Source: Octopus vulgaris
Lineage: Eukaryota
Direction: 5' to 3'
DNA: 64,000 nucleotides
NCBI GenBank assembly: GCA_951406725.2
Contig: OX597821.1
Span: 100,254,001-100,318,000 of the forward strand
Part shown: positions 53,424 through 64,000 of the stretch, one piece after another
How the letters are laid out: each line of letters starts with the position of its first letter
Numbering within the stretch: the first letter of the stretch is position 1
Notes under the pieces: generated by a model
The model's input: only the letters and a program-made list of their open reading frames with translations
Told to the model about the DNA's origin: nothing
Databases searched by the model: none
Program-made: the position numbers and the translations under genes

Positions 53424-55394
53424 TATATATATATATATGTATGTATGTAAGTATGTATGTGTGTATGTATGTATATATGTATGTGTCTATGTATGTATTA
53501 TGTATGTATTTGTGAAGGTGTATGTGCGCGCGCCTATGTGTATAATTGTTCCTGGTGACGGTCGAAACTTCGATTCTATTGTCACAGCAATGTTTGTAAA
53601 AGTTAATAACCATGTACTCTACTAAAATGTACTGAGTAATCTTTCAGTTTTATATTAAATTTTTATACGTAACATGATATAAATACCAAAGTATATAAAT
53701 ATCTGTGTGTGTGTAATATATGTATGTATATATATATACTTACATATATATACATATATACATAGATACATATATAGACATATATACCTACATATATATG
53801 TAGAAACAGACGCACATAGAGACAGAGATAATTGTATTGACAGACAGAACGCCATGTTTGTAGACAGAACATCGAGATCAAAAGAACAAACTACATTTCA
53901 GTAACGAGTGAGCGTATATCTGAGTGTACGTGTGTACGTATGTGCATGACAGATCATACATCCATTTTTTTTTATTACTACAGATTATAATAATAGATTT
54001 CGAAACCTTCAACATATATTTGTTGGTGTTATTAGAAAAACTTATATTAAAATTTCTTAATAAAAATAAGCTTAAGAAACGTCTGTAAAAACTAAAACAA
54101 TATAGATAGTGATCCGTGTTCCATATGTGTAGCCAGATTATATCTTCTTTAAAAAAATCATGTAAGCAAGCGAGATAAATTGAAGAAACCGACGAAAGAA
54201 ATAACTATAGCAATACAAAGGGAATTGTAGCACTCGGTCAAGACATACCTAATGGTTGATAGTCGTTCGTCTTTCAGACAAAAGAATATTTTGACGTTGT
54301 TAGATGAGAGATGACAATGGCGCTTGCGTTTGTTGGAAAATTTCTTAGGCACCTCTTCAGAGAGGGAGAGAAAGAGAAATTGTGCAAGGAGGGAGAAAGA
54401 ATGACAAACAATCAATGATTTTGTGACGAATGAAGTTTAGTTTTGAGATTGTAAATTCAAAGTGCGTGTAAAACTCTTGTGGATGCTTTTAAGTTAATAG
54501 TTCTTGTAGTGCGGTGTTTCGGAAGCGACGAATTCCGTCGTCTTTAGAATTCTTCAATTTGTGTCAATCTATGAAACTTGCAGATTGACTTTACAATGCA
54601 AGCGTTCAACATTCAGGGTTTCACTATATTTAAGCTGTTTTATGATTGCGGTCTTGTATTCTTCTGTTCCCAGAAAGCCATTATGTTATTCCTTTGTTTT
54701 ATGCTGTTTAGGGAGGACTTATTCGTTCTTCAAAATTGGTCTGAGATAAAAGGAATAAAACAAGAGCTGAATCGATTGCACTGAGGATATTACCAAAGAA
54801 TCGAATAACCCTTTCTTTACTTTCATTCTCTCACCTTTCTCTCTTTAACCTCCCCTCTTTGACTTCTCTTTACCACTCGCCCTTTCTCTCCTGTTTCTAC
54901 CATTTCTTTCTAATCTTCTACTTGATTCGTTAGCGTCCAACACAACCGATTCTTTTCTTTCTCACCGTTTTCTTAACAGAAATCACTCGGTCTTCTTCCT
55001 CTCTCACTTTCCTTCTTTCCCTCGTTATTAAGTTGTGTATCTTCATATCTTTACATTTCCATTTATATTTACTACGTTTTATAAGAATATTATATTGATT
55101 GCCACTACTTGACCATTACTTTAATTTTATCGACGCCGCTAGGATGAGATTTCAAGTTGACAACGGCAGGGTTCGAAATCATAACATCAAAGCCTGTAAC
55201 TATAGACATTATCTTGTATCTTTTACTTGCTTAAGTCATTAGACTACGACCATCCTGGGGCACCGCTTTGAATGATTTTAGTGGAGTGAATCGACCTCAG
55301 TCGATTATTGTTTTTGCCGAACCGCTAGTATTACTGAGACGTTAACAAACCAACTCCAATTGTCATGAGGTAGTGGGTGACAATCACAGACATA

Positions 55395-55456
<62 letters not shown>

Positions 55457-56281
55457 CGTAGTAGTTCATACATGCATACATACATACAACATACATACAT
55501 ACATACACCAACAAACTGACATTCCGTCAATTACGACGACGTGGGTTCTATAGTTGATCCAATCAACGAAACAATATCAAATCAAAGACACTGACACGCG
55601 TTGCCTTAACGAAGTCCTCAGGTAGATTCACCGTGACACGGAATATGACACGATGACCCTTTGAAATTCAGGTGCAACTTAATTTTGCGAGCTGAGTAGA
55701 CTGGAACAAAGTGAAATAGATATTCATGCAGAAAGAGCATAACGCGCCACCAGGAATCGAACACACGACCGTTCGTCCGTAAGGCGAATACACTAACCAC
55801 TGAGTCACGCGCCTACACTACATACATACACACACACACACATACTCACACATACACACACACACACATATGCACATATGCAGGTTCGTTTGACGGCAAT
55901 ATACCATTTAGCTATTGACACCAAGCAAATGCATACATAGTCTACCATCGGGCATTTTGGTCTGAGAGGGTCCGGACAGCAGCCTAGTCTGCCCATATAT
56001 TAATATAGCCGTGTATTAAGGAGTTTCTGGGACATATGCCAAACTATTGCAATTGAATACACTTAATGCTGCCACACCTGTAGAAAGAAAGGAGGCAAAG
56101 GGATTTTCCGAGCGTGTGCACTCAATAAACGAAAGATATATATATAATTTTCTGCTGCTTAAAATAAAGTATATATATATATATATATGTTTGCGTGTAC
56201 ACGGTTTTGAATCTATCTATCAACATGTATATGTGTGTCTGTGTATTTATGGGTGCGTTTGTTCACACACACACACACACA

Positions 56282-56340
<59 letters not shown>

Positions 56341-56994
56341 TTATACATACACACATATATATATATATACACGCACGCACACACACACACACACACATAC
56401 AGACACAGAGACACACATGTAATAAGCATCTTTACAAATGAAATATATCAGCTCCCTAGAATTCAAATACCTGGAGGCTACGATTGCTAATGATCACGTA
56501 GAAACAGCATTAATTCAATATAACATGATTGAAAAATCGTACGCAATTTTGTATAAAGAAGAAAGCGATATAGCGATATAGAAAGATATTGAGGGAAAAG
56601 CAGTCCGTTTAATGCGTATTAAAACGAAGCTACAAATTCTGAGATGATCAGTTCAGCTAATTTATTCTGCTTTATTATATAGTGGAATTCGATGTTGGCA
56701 ATTAGCCCCTGTTAGCCTTTTCTTGGATTTCATTTAACATTCGTTTAATTCAATTCGTAAGATGGTTTGTTTGCACCGAGTAAACGTGGTTTTCAAAACA
56801 TGAAACATTTGTCTTAAATATTGCTACAGAATTACAGAGCCTCAAGAATCCCTAATGATTCACGCTAACGCACTTACCATTGTAAGAATATTAAGTTAAA
56901 TAAGTGAATGGCCAATAAAGATATACATACTATGATCTGTATACAGAGTTGTAAAAATATATTTGTATATAAGAATGTGTGTAAACATGCCTGC

Positions 56995-57025
<31 letters not shown>

Positions 57026-57062
57026 TGTATGCATGTATGTATGTATGTATGAATGTATGTAT

Positions 57063-57369
57063 GTTATTGTTCAGTTTTATTTCAAGATTTCTTGCCAATA
57101 CTGAAAGAGTCGGTTCCTAACCTTGATGCAAGGCTCCTTAATTGGAATTGCAACACCAACAGGGCATTTTTGTATGTATATATGTATATGTGCAGATTTG
57201 TATGTTTTGTTTTATCTATTTATTGTCATGCATATAGATGCATGTCTAGATTGCTCATATATACTTAAATGATTAATTTCTGGAAATTTTACAGATTTTT
57301 ACAGTTCCAGCGACAGCTTGGATATGTAGTCTTAGAATCAACATTCTCTTTTCTTGTTTTGAGAAGACT
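57063..57369 (-). mobile_element. Short 3' end of a Dong/R4-like LINE in (ATGT)n
   Basis: Diverged duplicate of 57378-57790. Confidence 0.75.
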
Positions 57370-57377
57370 GTATGTAT

Positions 57378-59500
57378 GTCATTATTCAATCTATTCAAAG
57401 ATTTCTTGCCAATAGAGAAAGAACCGGTTTCTAACCTAGATCCAAGGCTCCTTCGTTGGAATTTCAACGTCAACAACAGGGTATTTTTGTTTTTATGTAT
57501 GTATGTATGTATGTATGTATGTATGTATGTATGTATGTATGTATGTATGTATTATGTATGTATGTATGATGTATGTATGTATGCATGCATGTATGTATGT
57601 GTGTATGTACGTGCAGATTTGTACGGTTTTTGTATGTATTCTCATGCATATAGCTGCATATCTAGACATGCTCATATATATTTAAATGATAAACTTCTGG
57701 AAAGTTTAACAGATTGTTACAGTTCCAGTGATGGATTGGATGTGTAGTCTTCGAATCTAACTTTCTCCTTTTTGGTTTTGAGAAGCCTAATTTCTCAAGA
57801 TTGGTATTTAGGGAGTGTTTTACAAATCGAAGAGCTCTGATAATTACAGGTTTAAATCTGAAATTATAATCTGGATAGACTAACTGCAGATTTCTCAATA
57901 ATTCAGCATAGGTGTTCTCTTTTTCACTGATCTTCAGCTTTATGTTAACATCATTGTATCAGGTCTGTTGTGCTTACATTTTATTGAGGTCGTCACTAGG
58001 ACATTCCACCAGTATTCCTTTTTATTAGGACATTCCACTAGTATTCCTTTTTATTATGAGTAGCTATGTCTTCTACCATATTGTGGGTTCTTATTTCTTT
58101 GTTCATGGGTTTATCCTTCTGACGGATTTCATTTTAGAGTGTCCTAGCTACAACATCATGTCTCATCAGTAGATAATACCGTGATGATATTTTCAGACAA
58201 CGGCTTATGATGTGGATGATATTTTCAGTGTAAACTCTACAAAGTCTGCATCGGTTGTCACATTTTACTGCTTTCCCTACATCTCTATACCTTTTGTGCA
58301 TCAGGTACTTGGTTGATATTTCTTGTTCCTGGATTGCAAACACATACCCTTCAAAGTGGGAGGTAGTAATCCGGCTGTGATAAACTGCTTTGATGATCGA
58401 TGTTACTATCATCTCGGAGCTTTGTACTAACAAAGCCATGCATAATCTTCTGTTCATATAGGCTCCTCCTTTCATCTGATGATACTTTGCAGTAGAGTCG
58501 TGCAAATTCTTTGGCCAGGTATTCTAGGTTATCAGACAAAGTGTGTTGCTCAAGGAGCTGCCTTCCAATTCTTATGACGTTATCAGCCTCATTTATGCAA
58601 ACTTTGTTAAGGGATGCACTTTGACACTTGGTGGTTAAAAGATGTTGTCAAAAGGATATGATACGACATTCAAAGGCATTTTGGATCGATTTTAAGCCTA
58701 TGCCGCCAAATTTTCATTTTAAGTAGAGGCGGTCTACGTCATATTTTATGTGTAAATTATATGTGCTTGTTAGTGTTTTTCAGGTTTTCACATTATTGGC
58801 TCGGATCTCATCAAGCGTTCAATCACGCAGCCCAAATCTTGGTATGAGTACTGGCACTGCAAAGACATTGTGGTTCACTGTTTTTATTGAATTACAGAGA
58901 ATTCTAAGGTCTAATTTTTTATTCGTCTGTAATATGCTTTAGTGAAACGTGTTTTGTTACAGGTAGCATTATGAGATATATTTTCATCCACCCCTAGATA
59001 TATGTAACATTCCTCATCAGATACAAGGGAAACAGTCAAATCATTGATTGAGATGTTATTAGTCTGGTTCATAGTTTTCCCGCTTTTCACAACCACATAA
59101 CAACATGTATACTGACCAAACTCTAACCCTACATCCTTTCAGAATGTAACTAGGACAAGGCTCTTTTCCATCTCATGCATATTCTTTGCATAAAGTTTTA
59201 CGTTATCCACAAAGAAACAGTGTGTAATTTTGGTATTTCTGTTTCCCCGTGAACCAGTGAGATATCCTTCAGACTTCCTTAGCATGAATGACAAGGGGTT
59301 TACAGAAATTATAAACAATATCACAAAGAGGCTCTTGGAGTATGCTTTTGCGATACTGTATTCTATTGGTGATAATACAGTCACTCTTTGTGCTTGATTT
59401 CATGATGGTGGCCCATGATGAAGTCAGGTCAGCTATGGCTTCGACTATTCTCACTGGAACTTTAGCAGGTTGAAGGGCTTCTATTATCCATGAGTGGAGA
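57378..59500 (-). mobile_element. Degenerate Dong/R4-clade LINE in (ATGT)n
   Basis: THCFFVDNVKLYAK (RT), YIYLGV, SHFEGYVFAIQEQ, CRLC...HIISRC...Y..RHDVVA (CCHC) and FKPVII.AL motifs; many frameshifts. Confidence 0.88.
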
Positions 59501-60130
59501 ACATGTATGTATGTATGTATGTATGTATGTATGTATGTATGTATGTATGTATGTATGTATGTATGTATGTATGTGTGTGTATGTGTGAGCGTGTATGTGT
59601 GTGTGTTCTGTTTCTCTTTTTAATTTTAAAGTAAATTTTGAAGGGCACATACTTAATGGCAAGTTGTGAAGGAAATCATCTTGTTTTAACCGTCATCTTT
59701 TAAATCTTAAGAAGATCATTCAGATTTTTATAATCCCAGATATCGCGTACATTAAGTATTTGTGTTCTCTCCCCAAGATACAAATTTCAACCATACTTCG
59801 TTCCAGATGGGTTGGTATGTATCCTGTTGGGTACAAGATCTGCAAATTCTTAATGAATGGTCCATACATAGCTTCTTTCTCTTACAGGTTTTCTAATCAC
59901 ATAGGTGTCCAGAAGGCAGATAATTTCCACGTACGTTTTCTACTGGCAAAATTGTTAGCAAACCGGGCAAAATGCTTAGCGGCTATTCGGCCGACTTACG
60001 TCTGAGCACAAATTCCACCGAGGTGGAATTTAACTTTAATTCTTTCGGGAAAAAGACAAGGTACAAGTTGAACGCTTCGATCGATGTGATCCTGCCAAAT
60101 TTCAGGCCTCGTGCCTACAGTAAAAAAGAT

Positions 60131-60197
<67 letters not shown>

Positions 60198-60940
60198 TTA
60201 TATATACATATGTACATATATATTAGTTACCGGTTTCAATTCAGGAATCATTGTTGGACATTCTTATGATTGTTTACTGAGATGAAGGAGCTAAGTTCCT
60301 ATGACGACTTCTATCAGCAATTTCATCAATATAAATATAAGCAGTTTCCATGTGATGGGATGACTCTTCCGTAGTCAACAATACGTAGTTCTCTTTGGTA
60401 TTATATATATTATGTATCATAAGGCAGCGAGATGGCAGAAACGATAGCACGCCAGGCGAAATGCTACGCGATATTTCGTCTGCCGCTAAGTTCTGAGTTC
60501 AAATTCCGCCGAGGTCGAATTTGCCATGCATCCTTTCGGGGTCGATTAAATAAGTACCAGTTACGCACTGGGGTCGATGTAATCTACTTAATACGTTTGT
60601 CTGTCCTAGTTTCTCCTCTCTATGTTTAGGCCCTTGTGGGTAGTAAATAAATAGGTATTTCGTTTGTCATTACGTTCTGAGTTCAAATTCTGCCGAGGTC
60701 GATTTTGCCTTTCATCCTTTCGGGGTCGATAAAGTACTACCAGTTGCGTACTGGGGTTGATCTAAGCGACTGTCTCGTCCCCTAACATTTCGGACCTTGT
60801 GTCTAGAGTAGGAAAGTATATATTATATATCATGTATTATATATTATACATGTATGTATATATTTCTATATAATATATGTATGTAAATTAATAAGAGTTA
60901 TATAAATATATATACATATATATATATAATTAATGGCGGT

Positions 60941-60991
<51 letters not shown>

Positions 60992-62399
60992 GTCAATTCC
61001 ATTATTATCAACATAAGCCCTCTACCTTCTAAGCATCAGTCTCACCCTCTCTCTATCTCGCCCTGTCTCCTACGAAATATATGTATACACACATGCACAT
61101 ACTCATACACACAGATACACATACACACAAATACATGTACACAAGCACATTCATACGCACACATATACACACGCATGCACGCACATACACTCATTCACAC
61201 AATACATGCACACATATAATATATTTATGCACGCAATTCCATGCACGTTGAGTCCCTTTGTGTTCCTAGCAACATCTTTCGGCTCAGCGAATTTCCCTCA
61301 AAAACTTTGATGGAATTTTTTATACTTACATCGTATTAGATTCATAATATATCACCTGTCACGTGCACACACACACAGAGGCACACATGAACGTATGCAT
61401 ATATGTATACACACTTGTATGTATGTATGTATATTCATTGATTTTGCTTCACTTCCGAGCAAATATATGCTTTATTTCATTTCATTTCCATTCAGTAACT
61501 TAGTCACGTCAACTGTGTTCATTATAATACAAGATATTTTTCATCACAGCGTGGAATAACAAAAATAATCACACAAGCCACATGATAAAAAGTTGGTCAC
61601 TTTATTTACGTATATTTTTCAATTAATAGCAATTCCAAAAGCTTCTTTCGAAAATCTTCCATTAAATGTAATTCAAAATATCTTCATAACTCCTATTTCT
61701 TCATTAAATATGTATGGCATGCATCGTTTATAAGTATTATATACGTTTTACGCTCGCTCGCGCACGCACAAATGTATGTATACCTAACTAGGTAGCCATA
61801 TATATATAGATAATGCTTGCGTTTATATATAAACATGTTTATGTAACACACGTATACATAGGCACACACTTATACCACGTGTGTGTATATATATGTATAT
61901 ATCTATAAATATCTTATTCATATATATATATACATCATATGACATATATGCATATTTATATGTATATCTGTGTATCTATCTATATGTATATGTGTGTATA
62001 TATGTATATATGTATGTGTGTGTGTGTATATATTTATGTATATGTATGTATGCATGCATGTATGTATGTATGTATGCATGTATGTATGTATGCATGCATG
62101 TATGCATGTATGTATGTATGTATGTATGTATGTATGTATGCATGCATGCATGCATGTATGTATGTATGTATGTATGAATCTTAGCACCTTCCTGAAGGAT
62201 TATATGAAAGGAAAGATTTTCAAAAGCAGATATTACCGACATAGCTCTTCTTTCAGGAACACTGATAAATGAAATGCAACAAACTCGCTGATGCAGAGCT
62301 TGGAATGAAGTAAGACACACATTTCCATCGCACGATATTCTGAAGCACATAAAAAAATTAGTGTGGTAGTTGCTGAGTATATTCGTTACAATTTTTGTT

Positions 62400-62802
62400 G
62401 TGTCAGTCATTAGATTGCGGCCATGCTCGAGTACCGCCTTTTGTCAAACAAATCGCCCCCAGGACTTATTATATCATTCCATTTTGCCGTAGCGCTAGGG
62501 TTAGGGGATGTAGACACACCAACATCGATTGTCAACCGATGATAGCAAGATAGAAATAAATGCATACTTATATATATATGTGTGTGTTTGTGTGTGTGTG
62601 CGTGTGTATGTGTGTGTGCGTGCGTGTGTGTGTGTGTACGACGGGCTTCTTTCAGTTTCCAACTACTAATTGCACTTGGGAGGCTTTGGTGGGCCCGAGG
62701 TTATAGTAGAAGACATTTGCCCAAGGTGCCACGCAGTGAGACTGAACTCGGAACCTTGTGGTTGGGATGCAAGCTTCTTACCACACAGCCACTCCTGAGC
62801 CT
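62400..62802 (-). mobile_element. SINE family A
   Basis: Similarity to the family A consensus. Confidence 0.85.
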
Positions 62803-64000
62803 ATATATATTTTCAACGATTAACGCCCGGATTTTGCATTTGTTTGAAAAAACAAATCTTTGTAAAGAAATAATTTAGTTAAAATATACAAATTTTCAGC
62901 ATCATCTCGTACTGACTTCTTTACTGTGATAGCGGTTTGCTAATCGCTTACTTAGTCTTTTCTAATGTTTATAATATATACTTAGAGATTCGTTGAAATG
63001 TTTCTCGAGGGATAATTTGTTTAAAATTGACTTGAGATATGGTCTGTTAAGTTGTTAACTTGAAACTTCATGCATGATTTGTGCATACATATGTGTTTGT
63101 ATGTGTGTATATATTATAATACGCCACATACGAACACAGCAAAATACCTCTCAAATCATCGTAATCGGAGTATAATCATGTAAGTTCTGTACGTTTAATT
63201 CTAGTTAGCTTCCATGCGTCCTGTCACCAATTTTTGTCGGTCAAGTAGAGTTAAACATAAAAAGACTGAGCCAGACAACGGTAGAAATATTCTTTTCTAC
63301 TCTAGGCACAAGGCCCGAAATTTTGGGGGAGGGGGCCAGTCGATTAGATCGGCCTCAGTACGCAACTGGCACTTAATTTATCAACCCTGAAAGGATGAAT
63401 GGCAAAGTCGACCTCCAGCGGTAGAAATATTTATGGTTTTGTATCAATCGTGCTAACATACGTCCAGCTGTCAATACAACGACACTGTGAATATTACTTA
63501 AACTAACCAACGTAAAATAAGATTCTTAGGGGCAATAATTATCTGGTTATAAAACCGAACAATTGCATTTCAAATTATCTGAATTGACGCATAAGTGACA
63601 GAGGTTCTCAAAGTATAAGTGGTTATAAATAATTTAGATCTACAAAGTAGTTTTTAGTGAGACGCAGAACGTGAAGTATATTTTTTATACACTACATTAA
63701 AGCAAATATGGCGGCTACAACTTTTCGGCTTTATATTTATTTTCTTGAGCAAAATATTGTTTCTGCATGATTGCGCTTCGTATGCAAGGCCATCAAGCGA
63801 AATTTCTTGTAGCTTGTTCACATTTAACAGCCATTCACGCGGTTAAAATAAATAAAATTTAGTTGATTGAAGAAACGCGCCGAAAGAAACGGTACGTATA
63901 ACAATGGATTCATTTCTTTTCTTCCAGTTTTGGAATATCTTGTTAACTAATTATCAAGGAATCAGATTAACTCTGTGACATTGAGTTTCCCGTGAATGTA

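Noticed and set aside
63700-63765. YY1-like aaatatggcggc or a gene start
   Set aside because: A single short motif; the ORF closes after 20 codons

Overview
AT-rich, microsatellite-dense eukaryotic intergenic or intronic DNA. The tRNA-derived SINE families and the abundant (TA)n/(CA)n/(TACA)n tracts point to an octopus genome (inference). No intact cellular gene is identifiable, and nearly all listed ORFs are microsatellite translations. Content: four recurring tRNA-SINE families, CR1-group, RTE and Dong/R4 LINE remnants, a mariner with a nested LINE, a maT-like transposon, non-autonomous Helitrons and a Penelope-like (PLE) GIY-YIG fragment. The main unexplained signal is a dispersed set of minimal type-I hammerhead ribozyme (HHR) motifs with palindromic stem III, including U3-A8 and A6U core variants. 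They lie in short ORF-less, often fold-back elements, many inserted in (TA)n. Examples are a 1.56-kb near-perfect palindrome, a tRNA-headed SINE with an HHR tail, and a hairpin whose second arm starts exactly at the predicted cleavage site. Together they suggest a PLE-dependent, retrozyme-like system. All ribozyme calls are by-eye structure predictions and are untested.
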